DNA of 62,962 nt, filler included, from Thraustochytrium aureum (lineage: Eukaryota): NCBI GenBank assembly GCA_012862495.1. It is 7 parts of 5 records of this genome, joined end to end, with 100 filler letters (N's around TTAATTAATTAA, not from the genome) between each part and the next. Parts side by side here need not be neighbours in the genome. Positions count along the whole stretch, not along the records: positions 1 to 30,840 come from BLSG01000161.1; 6 more parts are not named here. One strand, 5' to 3'. Position numbers and translations under genes: made by a program. Below the pieces are notes generated by a model. The model ran no database searches and had not been told where the DNA came from. It saw only the letters and a list, made by a program, of their open reading frames with translations. Of the stretch, positions 12,701 to 21,568 are shown in pieces. The first letter of the stretch is position 1; each line of letters starts with the position of its first letter.

Positions 12701-14454
12701 GCAGGCTGGGAAGCAAGAAGCTCGCAAACCTGACCTGCGGGGCAGAATGGCGGCGCGACGCCATCGAGCTCCATCTTGTGCAGCACGGCGCCCTCTGGCA
12801 AGCCCGCCTTGAGCATCCGTGCGTACTTAACCAGACTCGAGTTGCCCGCCAGCGCAGCAACGTCGAGCACTTGCTCACCTGCAGCGCTATTTGCAGGACT
12901 CGGCGGGATTTGCGGGGGCATCACGCCCGGCGGGACAGGATGTGCGCTGGGCAACAGTCTTGCACAATTCTGCTGCGTGTCGCGCTCTAGAGCAACCGGA
13001 GCTGGTGTAGCACCACAGAAAAAGTCGTCCGGGATGCTAACGCCGTCGAGACCCATTTTGTGGCGCACTGCGCCCTCTGGAAGACCGGCAGCCAGCATCC
13101 TTGCGTATTTTTCGAGCTGGGCAACACCGGCGAGAGTACCTTTTGCACCCCCCGCAATCGCCTCGCGTTGAGCGAGTGGCGCAGCTGCTTTGGCAGCAGG
13201 CTTGGTATCCACTGCATGAGACAGAGCCGGCACGAGAGGGGCTGCCGTTGTTGATGGAATGCGGCGGCGCTGGATTGCCGCGAGTACTGCTCCCATCCCG
13301 CCTGATCCGGGTCCCGCTGGCTCTGCCCTGATCAAAGCTGGGCCGGAGGCACCCGAGGCCGGAAGCGCCTCTGTCGACGGAACTCGGTGTCGGTGAATCT
13401 CGGCAAGGAGCGCACCGTAGTCGCCCTCGGCGCCCGGACTTAATTTTCCCTCAAGGCTCTGTCGACCTGGGCTATTCGACTCGGGGCTGAGCTCGCCTTC
13501 CAGGCTCTGGCGACCCGAGCTTTTGGATTCAGCAGAGTTCAAGGCATAGGGCAGTGGGAGCGGCGGCTCCTTTGGCTTTTCCGGTCGTGGCAGCCTTTCA
13601 GCCTGCGCCGTGAGTTCTTGGCTTGCCTCATCGCCAGCGTCAAATTGCGGCAGCGGCGGCGGCGGTGGAATGGTCATCTCTGAGACCCGTCTGTGGAACT
13701 CTGCCAAGACGTCCTCGGCTCCATCAAAGTCTGGAGGCGGCGGCGGCGGGGGCGGCGGTGCCGGAGCAGCCAGGTCAATCTCGTCGACCTCGAGATCCCC
13801 CGTACCCGCCCCTTCAAACCCACTGTCTTCGCCAAAATCAAGCGGCGGGGGCGGCGGGGGCTCGCTGATCTCTGTGTCGGACCGCTTGGGCTTATTCATC
13901 TTTTGCTTCGCAAACATGGGCGGCGGCGGAGGCGGAGGCGGCAGGTCGCCGCGCCGCTCCTGTGCGAATGCCCTAAGAAGCCCCACTTTCGCCGCCTTGG
14001 CCTTTTTGGCGGCAGATTTGTTTGTCTTGTGCTTTTTCTTGAGGAGTTTGAGTTCGAGCGCTTTGGTTTCCCCAGGCAGCGCGAGGCTCGCGGACCTCAT
14101 GGCGTCGTGCTCGGAACCAATTGGAGGCAGCGGGGGAGGGGCGGGATGCATTGCTGACAGCGAGCGCACCTGCTCGGCATCGCCGTCGAACGCTGGGAGT
14201 GGTGGCAGTGGAGGCGGTGCTCGCAAAGCCGCCCTTTTCCAGTCAACTTCCGCCTCCTCTTTGGTCTCCTCATCATGCATACCAATGGACTCGCCAGTCC
14301 AGGAGCGCTGCCTTGCCGCCCCAGTCTCCCGGGGCGCCAGGTCCCTGTCCTCCAGGGACGCTTTCCCCGCCCTGTGCTGGTGCTGCATCGATGGTGGTGG
14401 CGGCGGCGGAGGTGGTGGAACGCCAGCCAGAAACGCGTCATCAAGCTCATCCAT
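9799..14454 (-). CDS. Large proline-rich protein with two WH2-like motifs, four CCDC53-type repeats and a long C-terminal coiled coil
   Basis: About 1550 codons open apart from gap 11651-11830. Polyproline tracts, GALLAEIHRH and GAVLAAIQRR motifs, 4 x KY.RMLKAGLPEGAV.HKM..DGV-like repeats, and an E/A/R/K-rich C-terminus. Confidence 0.8.
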   Translation of the reverse strand: MDELDDAFLAGVPPPPPPPPPSMQHQHRAGKASLEDRDLAPRETGAARQRSWTGESIGMHDEETKEEAEVDWKRAALRAPPPLPPLPAFDGDAEQVRSLSAMHPAPPPLPPIGSEHDAMRSASLALPGETKALELKLLKKKHKTNKSAAKKAKAAKVGLLRAFAQERRGDLPPPPPPPPMFAKQKMNKPKRSDTEISEPPPPPPLDFGEDSGFEGAGTGDLEVDEIDLAAPAPPPPPPPPPDFDGAEDVLAEFHRRVSEMTIPPPPPLPQFDAGDEASQELTAQAERLPRPEKPKEPPLPLPYALNSAESKSSGRQSLEGELSPESNSPGRQSLEGKLSPGAEGDYGALLAEIHRHRVPSTEALPASGASGPALIRAEPAGPGSGGMGAVLAAIQRRRIPSTTAAPLVPALSHAVDTKPAAKAAAPLAQREAIAGGAKGTLAGVAQLEKYARMLAAGLPEGAVRHKMGLDGVSIPDDFFCGATPAPVALERDTQQNCARLLPSAHPVPPGVMPPQIPPSPANSAAGEQVLDVAALAGNSSLVKYARMLKAGLPEGAVLHKMELDGVAPPFCPAGQVCELLASQPAQELQSLDESASASGAQLGTHEQLQKFKKLFDSGVPQRAVEKRMAKAGLTAPAGFFDGSGTTAESKTAAFASLEAAAAAEDLMGKYRKMLKAGLPEGAVRHKMAQDGVKPPERFFSAFDEEEASAAPVGGDSALSPSHGAVDASVEPHSSSREPVRLVKVSEAPIGRNASADDAKLESVHVPLENRFEDQDEADSLGGIMAPVEAKPERRLSRLRRLSFKKLEAAGSSASIDVAARRRDSSTEIAEDLPPAASASESLIQPRAGEEAAAQRRADEQAAAQRRADEEAEAKXXXXXXXXXXXXXXXXXXXXXXXXXXXXXXXXXXXXXXXXXXXXXXXXXXXXXXXXXXXXXRAVEQAESQRRADEHAAAQRRADEQAESQRRADEHAAAQHRIEEKVEAQRRADEQAEARARQDEQDSRQKAKAMELEAARIAEEQAMRDEAEAVRLAMEQAERSAREELATKLALQEREDAERRHKEELSRMKREVKSSIDIRLKIETSELCGEIARSTARLANVVTQVRAKGEDAGDIAGDYLDFVATRVELAKARHEGFEGNLAAFLHDLNDGQRRGTRTSFVRRSSLGAKRAAFESENDLVQTVLRCQRLSAELEALEGTELESKRRVDELGEECVKLESRVSSLTISENVQAQLKRLRYLVIMGSAEQEQKTLALKRRRDRLRKVLAAKTQEGEQAFQDALEAQAAPALRELRSKWKLRLDEEAAVHAKAMQELEAASTRAKEELVRSTDRRFSTAFDQVLRDLADEEASLSASKEKEIALTREINAQAAAIAARQSQTGAPVPTEANVADETDLSHAVDACVLQATQELAKRHKDAILASRSVIEAAWQRMEELGLAEQRAKLQLALLAKLERAVPCTSAVLNAYWKRIEQLEDALPIFTALKERDGLQRSVELCRTFLRDQDVAGQENHDQISQVLSMMARETKALERVTIRAAGLVQSWETKYNSRFSF
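11481..11910 (-). repeat. Coding tandem repeat, 30-nt unit (QRRADEQAES/QRRADEHAAA), interrupted by an assembly gap
   Basis: Repeated tgttcgtcagcgcggcgctg units flank both sides of gap 11651-11830. Confidence 0.9.
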
Positions 14455-15798
14455 CCCGCACCGCCCGCCGAGTGCGGGACCTGCTGGTCGCTCAATCGAC
14501 CCGCAAGTATGCGTCACTCGCCGCGCCTACTCGGCCCCGTTGGCGTCCTGCGCGCCCCCGCGCCTTCGCGCTCCCGCGAAACGCGTCCTGCTCCACCTCC
14601 CTCTTCCTCGTCGGAGCCACTGTTCCGGCTGCGTTCCCCAATCCGCTACATCCAAGGTACGTGGCACTGGGTCGGGTTACGTGCGGGGCGAGTTGCGTTC
14701 CTCTAATGGTTTGCTTCAAGGTGAGAGACACTGGGTTGGGCAGCGTAACGGTAACTTTTGCGCGGTTAGGTTTTAGGTCGGGGGTAGAAGGTGTCCGTTG
14801 GGACAGGCGGTTGTTGCGTCTAAAGTGCAGTTCGGCTGATGGTGTCAGGGGTCTTGGCCGGCGGCGCTTGCTGCTGCATGGCCTGCGTGGTTGCATACAT
14901 CGCTGCTGCTGCTGCTGGTTTTGCTGCTCGAGTTGCTGCGTTATCCTTGGTTTGCCCAGTTTGTTCGCGCTGCCAGCGTTTTCACTTGCTTGCCTTTTCT
15001 TGGTTTCTTCAGCCTGCCCGCCCTCGACGGCGGCCGCGGCGTGGAGAGGGACGAACCAACAGTGCCCGCGTCCGAAAACCTCCTGGAGCGAACTGCCTTG
15101 CCCGTGGGGTTTCCTACACGCTGCTGGCCTCCGTCGGTGGCATGTCACACGCAACGCGCGCCAGCGGCTATTGGCCGCTTCGCGGTCGTTCAGACCAACG
15201 AGGGGCCGGCCGCACAAAAAGCAGCAGCGAGCTCCACTCTCTAGAGCTAGCTAGCTAGCTAGCTGGAGAGCGGTAGAGGCTCGCAGAGGCTCAGGCGCCG
15301 CAGACGCCTGGTTGTTCAGTGGGAGAGCGAGAAAGCACCACGATTGTTCCGTTTTTTTTCTTCATGCAAACCACTTCAGTGTCGAGCAAATCGTTGCAGT
15401 ACCTGGAGAGCGCGGGCGCGAGGCAGAGCGAGCGCGGCTCGAGCTCGAAGGCCGCTGCGATAGAGCGCGTGATAGCTGCGAGAGAAATCGCACACGCCGT
15501 TCTCGTCGCGCGCCCAGGTGCTGCGTTTTTGGCTCGACGCAAAAGGCCCCACCTGCCCAAGTGCAACTCAGGCTGGCTCAGGCTGGCTCAGGCTAGCGGT
15601 GTCGCAGCAGCGCAGGACATAGGGCAGGGGTAGCCACAGCGCCGGCTGGTCGGGTCCAGCGCGCAGCTAGCTCCGAACGGAGCAATCCGGCGGCGGCCGC
15701 CCCAGGGCGGCCGCTGTTGGCGGCCGCTGTTGGCGGCCTGACGCGGAATCGAGGCAACGCGCGAAGGAGCAACTCCTGGCGGACGCCAGGCAGCCAGG

Positions 15799-17559
15799 AT
15801 GGCGATCCAGGTATGCTCGAACGGTGGGGTTCTGCTTAGCGCGTCTGTTGTCGTCTTCTTGATCCTGTATTCGGTATTCTGCGGGGTGGTCCTCCTTGTT
15901 TTCCTCGGCAAGGGCATCAACTTTGGCTTGCAGGCGCGCCGTAAACGATCCTCGAGCCCTTCGAAGGACTCGTCGCAGTCTCAGAAGCTGCGGCAGAACG
16001 CGACCGATCGCGAAACCATCCAAGCCGCACAAGGGCTCGCGATCAAACGGCTGCTCTTCCACAACATGAACGGCGGCGGCGAAATGGGCCCAAAGGGTGT
16101 TGACTCGCATGCGACAAACCGCATGCCGTGGGAGACGGACGTGAAAAAGATTAAGTTTAAGCGCAAGATTGGCGCCGGCAACTTTGGCGAGGTTTGGGAG
16201 GGCTCGTGGATGCAGTCCAACGTGGCGGTGAAAACCGTGCTCAAGTCAATGGCCAACAACCACGAGTTTGTCGCCAAATTTATCGAGGAGATCCAGCTGA
16301 TGAGCGAGCTCAACCACCCAAACATCGTGATGTTTCTCGGAGCAAGCATCCAGCCGCCGTCGATCTGCCTCATTTTGGAGTACTGCGTGCACGGCAACCT
16401 GATCGAGTTTCTCCAGTCGGCCAAGACGCGCGAGATCAACATTTCCATGCACCTCCTGCTCAAGATGGCGCTCGACATTGCGCGCGGCATCAAGTACCTG
16501 CATGAGAAGGTCAAGATTATCCAGCGCGACATCAAGGGGCGCAACGTCCTCGTGGACGAGAACCTCAACGCCAAGATCGCGGACTTTGGCCTTTCGCGCC
16601 TCAAGTCGAAGAGCGAGGACGCTGGCCTGACGGCATGCGGGACGCCGGCGTGGACGGCCCCCGAAGTCGTGCGTATGGAGGAGTACACGGAAAAGGTGGA
16701 CGTTTACTCGTTCGGGGTCGTGCTGTGGGAGCTGTTCATGCGCGAGGAGCCATACGCCGGGGAGGGCGGCATCCAAGTTGCCTACGCTGCCGCCGAGCAG
16801 GGCTTGCGTCCTGAAGTTCCGATGTATGCGCCGGAGCGGTACGCGGAGCTGATGCAGGAGTGCTGGGCGGACTCGCCAGAAGACAGACCAAATTTTGGCC
16901 AGATCCTTGAGCGCTTGTTCCAAATGATGAAGGACGAGAGCAACCCACTGAAGACTGCCGAGTTTTATTTTGGGCGCCGGCGCCACACATATGACGAGAG
17001 CGTGCAAGAGCTCCTTGATGACAGGGAGCTCAACCAGGGCCTATTCGCAGAAGACTACCTCGGCATCCTCGAAGACCGCAAGCGAGCGCTCAAGAACCGC
17101 GGCGAAGTTCAGAAGCGCGCCGAGGTCAAGCCGCGCAATAGCCGGAACGCGGTCCGCATTTTGACGTCATCGCAGAGCTCTGCGCCGCTTGGCGGTCTTG
17201 CAGCCCTTCTTCCCATGGAGAGTGAGGCGCACCTGCAGACAGGGTTGCAGACCGACTCAAACGGTGCCGAGCAAGATTCGTTCGTGGCCGAGCCGCACGT
17301 GACTAGGTCGGAGAGCTCAGCCAAGCAACTTGCCTTGCCTGCGGTCGATAGGGCTGGGCCTTGTTCGCCTGCTGCCGACTCGAGCTCGAGCATAACGGCC
17401 ATCGACGCAGAACCGTTCGCAGCAGAGGTTGAGGAGCCTGAGGAGGGGAGTCTCATTTTCACTGCTGGCGAAGTCGAGCTCAACTCCTCCAAGAGTGGCT
17501 CTGGTGCTGTCGCATCCTCAAAAGTTGTTCCAGACCTCGGTGGCGAGTCTTGCGAGTGA
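15799..17559 (+). CDS. Tyrosine-kinase-like (TKL) protein kinase with a single N-terminal transmembrane helix
   Basis: TM segment VLLSASVVVFLILYSVFCGVVLLVFL; GAGNFG, VAVK, LNHPNIV, QRDIKGRN, DFG, CGTPAWTAPE, DVYSFGVVLWE, CW...P.DRP.F. Confidence 0.93.
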   Translation: MAIQVCSNGGVLLSASVVVFLILYSVFCGVVLLVFLGKGINFGLQARRKRSSSPSKDSSQSQKLRQNATDRETIQAAQGLAIKRLLFHNMNGGGEMGPKGVDSHATNRMPWETDVKKIKFKRKIGAGNFGEVWEGSWMQSNVAVKTVLKSMANNHEFVAKFIEEIQLMSELNHPNIVMFLGASIQPPSICLILEYCVHGNLIEFLQSAKTREINISMHLLLKMALDIARGIKYLHEKVKIIQRDIKGRNVLVDENLNAKIADFGLSRLKSKSEDAGLTACGTPAWTAPEVVRMEEYTEKVDVYSFGVVLWELFMREEPYAGEGGIQVAYAAAEQGLRPEVPMYAPERYAELMQECWADSPEDRPNFGQILERLFQMMKDESNPLKTAEFYFGRRRHTYDESVQELLDDRELNQGLFAEDYLGILEDRKRALKNRGEVQKRAEVKPRNSRNAVRILTSSQSSAPLGGLAALLPMESEAHLQTGLQTDSNGAEQDSFVAEPHVTRSESSAKQLALPAVDRAGPCSPAADSSSSITAIDAEPFAAEVEEPEEGSLIFTAGEVELNSSKSGSGAVASSKVVPDLGGESCE

Positions 17560-17840
17560 GGGTGCACCGGTGCGACAAGGGTTGCCAACCGCGCGTGGCG
17601 TCGAGGCAGTGTCGAGCCACGACGGCGGGGGCGCTGCAGCGTTGCCGAGCGCGCGCAAACTTTTCTGCTTCGTTGGAAAACAGGATAAACGTGTTCAATG
17701 AGCGCAGTGCGTTGTCTTGTTTCTTGATCAATCAAAGGTTTTTGAGTTTCAAACTTCTCGATGTACTCCATTTGGTCAAATGCTGTCTGTCGTGTTTGCG
17801 TTTCGTGCAGAGGGGATTGTGTGCGTGCGTGGTGGGAGCG

Positions 17841-18846
17841 TTACGTGCAAGGCTCGACCTTGCCAAGCGCGTCCCAGCACGTCGGGTCTGAGAACCAGAG
17901 CTTGGCGCCCTTGATCAAACGGCCGTTGTGCTCAACGTCCCACGCCTCGTTGGTGCGTGCGTTGACAAAGTGACTCTGGGGCCGAAGCTTGGGCCACGCA
18001 CCACGAGCCTTGGACCAGGCCTGATCGACCTTCGCTGCGACCCGCACCCGGCGCAGCACGCCCCCACTGGGTAGCTTGATTTTCGAGACAAACGCGTCAA
18101 CGTACGGGTGCGCCGCCCGGTCAAGCGTGGGCTCGTCGAGGTTCAGCTCGCCGCCCTTGAGATGCACCCTGTTTTTTGACGCGGTCTTGCGCGAGTAGAG
18201 GCCGGCGCCGCTCCAGCGCGTCCTGCCCTTGAGAGGCTTTGACTTGGTCGTGCGCGTTCCCCCCTCGGAGTCCTGAAACGTGTACTCTACGAAGGTTTGG
18301 TCGACGTAGATGGCGCCGCCCACTCCCAGGCTAGCGTTGCCGCCGCTGGGTCGATCGAGTTGACGTGGACGTATGGCTGCACAATGTCGGTCAGGAACAA
18401 GCACAAGCGGACGTTTCGCGGAATGTGGCCGTCGCCAGCCCCGTCAGGGACCATCAGGGCCTCGTCTGTTCCGAGCGCGCCGGCAACGGGCGTCTTGTCG
18501 TCAGATGTCTCGACCAGCACGTTGATCGTGCGAAGCTCGTCGCCCCCATACGTCGTGCGCTCTTTGGGGTAGTCGGCCTGGTGGCAGGGGTCTGCAAGGT
18601 GGCCAGAATCCCAGCTCGACGCGTAGGCCCAGTCCTCCATGCCGCCGCGAACCGCGTAAATGAGATCGTTCATGCGCCCGTGGGGGTACCGGCGGCCAAT
18701 GCCCGCCTCGCCTCCGTATGCGCTCATCGAGGACCCGAGCATGATTTGGGCGAGGTCGTCGGGCGACTTGTTCTTCCGGCGGTTTTGGGCCGACACCGTG
18801 CCCCACGTGAAGGCCACCATCTCGGCCCCGCCGTGAAAGGTGATTG
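17841..18846 (-). CDS. M14 zinc carboxypeptidase, C-terminal part (5' end in gap; frameshift near 18325)
   Basis: ITFHGG (third Zn ligand), IYAVRGGMEDWAY, LVETS (catalytic Glu region), GHIPRNVRL. The frame continues in ORF 17841-18404. Confidence 0.82.
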
Positions 18847-20233
18847 NNNNNNNNNNNNNNNNNNNNNNNNNNNNNNNNNNNNNNNNNNNNNNNNNNNNNN
18901 NNNNNNNNNNNNNNNNNNNNNNNNNNNNNNNNNNNNNNNNNNNNNNNNNNNNNNNNNNNNNNNNNNNNNNNNNNNNNNNNNNNNNNNNNNNNNNNNNNNN
19001 NNNNNNNNNNNNNNNNNNNNNNNNNNNNNNNNNNNNNNNNNNNNNNNNNNNNNNNNNNNNNNNNNNNNNNNNNNNNNNNNNNNNNNNNNNNNNNNNNNNN
19101 NNNNNNNNNNNNNNNNNNNNNNNNNNNNNNNNNNNNNNNNNNNNNNNNNNNNNNNNNNNNNNNNNNNNNNNNNNNNNNNNNNNNNNNNNNNNNNNNNNNN
19201 NNNNNNNNNNNNNNNNNNNNNNNNNNNNNNNNNNNNNNNNNNNNNNNNNNNNNNNNNNNNNNNNNNNNNNNNNNNNNNNNNNNNNNNNNNNNNNNNNNNN
19301 NNNNNNNNNNNNNNNNNNNNNNNNNNNNNNNNNNNNNNNNNNNNNNNNNNNNNNNNNNNNNNNNNNNNNNNNNNNNNNNNNNNNNNNNNNNNNNNNNNNN
19401 NNNNNNNNNNNNNNNNNNNNNNNNNNNNNNNNNNNNNNNNNNNNNNNNNNNNNNNNNNNNNNNNNNNNNNNNNNNNNNNNNNNNNNNNNNNNNNNNNNNN
19501 NNNNNNNNNNNNNNNNNNNNNNNNNNNNNNNTTGATTGCCCACGGCGGCTCATGGAAGGAGTTCGTGCGGAGTGTCGCAAGACTCGCAACGCCGGGAATC
19601 GATTGTGTCAACGGTCAGTCAGGTGGTTCTGTTCAGCGAACTGCCACACCGTGTGCTGTAGGTTCCTACCGCGTGTCGAGCTCGGCCGCCACGGCGATGA
19701 TGACCTGATCTGAGCTCGCTGTAAGCTTGCTACGCACGGCGACGATGACACATCAAGCAAGATCAAGGGCTTGCTGCTCTCCGCCTGTTCGAAGCACGGC
19801 CTCAGCTGCTTTTACTCGACGTCAATTATTGATGCGCCAATGCCCGACTCGCGCAGCCGACAGATGGCCCCAGCCACCGCGCGGCAGCACGAAGGCGCTG
19901 GCGAGCACGAGGAGGCAGGGGGCAGGTCAAAGACCGCAGGATCAGAGAGCGCAAGGCGGTCCACAGCGCGGCGTGTAGGGCGGGACAGGAGCAGACACGT
20001 CCTGTGCAGAGCCGCAGGTTTCTGTCGACGAGGACGAGGGCGACGACTACTGGGACGATACGAGCGACGAGGACGAGGACGGCGTATCTGGAGGACCAAT
20101 TTCGATGCTGCAGACGATGAACCACTGTTTCGAAGAGCGAGCGTAGATTGCACAGGTTGGTGGTAGCGGCTTTGGTGCAAAGAAGCGTTGTTTTACAAGT
20201 TTCGTGATAAACCGCCTCGCCATGCTGGGCGAT

Positions 20234-20861
20234 TTAACCTTCAAGCGCGGCCGCACCGGCGCTGAGCTTGAGCACTAGCTTGGCGAAGAGCTCGCCCTGC
20301 TTGGTGGCCATGCCCTTCTCGATTTCGGAGGGCTTGCGAGATCCGTCGCCGCCAGCAAGGGTGCCGGCGCCGTATGGGCTGCCGCCGTGCGGCGCGTCGA
20401 GGTCGAACGCCAGCGGGCTCTGGTACCCGAGCGGGACGAACATCATGCCGTGGTGGGTGAGCTGGGTCNCAAATGTCAGCGCCGTGGGTCTCCTGGCCGC
20501 CGTTCTGGGTCGCGGTTGAGAAGAAAATGCCAGCGGGCTTGCCGGCGAGCGCCTGGGTCTGCCAGAGCGAGCCGGTTGAGTCCATGAACGACTTGATCTG
20601 CGCGCAGGCCATCCCAAAGCGAGTCGGGAGCCCAAACATGATGCCGTCGGCCTCGGCCAGATCCTCGGGCGTTGCAATGGGGATGTCGGGCTTGGGTGGG
20701 GCACCCATCTTTGCCAGGACCTCGCTTGGGAGCGTCTCAGGGACCTGGAGGAGGCGCACCTCGACGTCGTTGGCCTCGAGCGCGTCCTTGATCACCTCGG
20801 CCATCTCGAGCACGTGTCCGTACATCGAGTAGAAAACGACGGCAACAACTGGCTTGGGCAT
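20234..20861 (-). CDS. Flavodoxin-like NAD(P)H:quinone oxidoreductase (WrbA/Pst2 family); one frameshift near 20485
   Basis: FYSMYGHV, QVPETL, FGLPTRFG, LAGKPAGIFFSTATQNGGQET, HHGMMFVPLGY, GGSPYGAGT.AG.DGSR.PS. Confidence 0.95.
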
Positions 20862-21386
20862 TTTGCTTGGCTTGCGGCTCCTTGTTCTCTCTCCTGCTTG
20901 TTTCGGTCGCTCGTGCTGCTGCGCGTTTGGGGTCTGCTCTACCTACTCTGCCGCCAGGCTTGCCTGGTACCGTAGCGTCGATGCAAGCAGTGAGCATCCT
21001 TATGACCTTGCAAGATCGCAGGGCATCTCCACGTCACCATTAGCAGGAGCAAATCCCTTCGTCGGCCGCGCTCAGCTCCCTCTCGCTTCGACAGCCTCTG
21101 CGTTCCGAGTCGGTTGACCGCTTGCTCGTCAAGCGAAATCCGGTGAGAGTGCAGGCCTCTTACGGCGCAGCCAACGTCGGTCTCCGGTGCATCGAAACCC
21201 GCGCGGCGCCGAGTTGCAAGTCGCGCTCTCGCCTTTCGAGGGAGGAGATCGAGATCTGGATCGAGCCCTTTTCGGTTGAGATCCGAGTGAGGCGACGGGA
21301 ATCCAAGTGACGTTTCCGAAAATTGAATCTCAGTAGTAGAGTACTAGTAGGTACTGCGAGGGAATGCAGAGATGTTCTATCGTGAG

Positions 21387-21554
21387 CATTCATTCATGAA
21401 CATTCATGAATACTAATTCATTCATTCACGAACATTCATGAATACTAATTCATTCATTCACGAACAATAATTAATTCATGATCATGAACATTCATTCATT
21501 CATGAGCACTCATGAACACTCATTCATTCATGAACACTCATTCATTCATTCATT
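21387..21554. repeat. AT-rich (CATT)n/TTCATGAA compound repeat in a divergent intergenic region
   Basis: Repeated cattcatt and palindromic ttcatgaa units, including a direct duplication of acattcatgaatactaattcattcattcacga. Confidence 0.9.
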
Positions 21555-21568
21555 GAAGCGCGTTTGAA

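Noticed and set aside
19532..20150. Possible small spliced plus-strand gene(s), including the acidic stretch VDEDEGDDYWDDTSDEDEDG
   Set aside because: I could not build a consistent exon structure or recognise a family.
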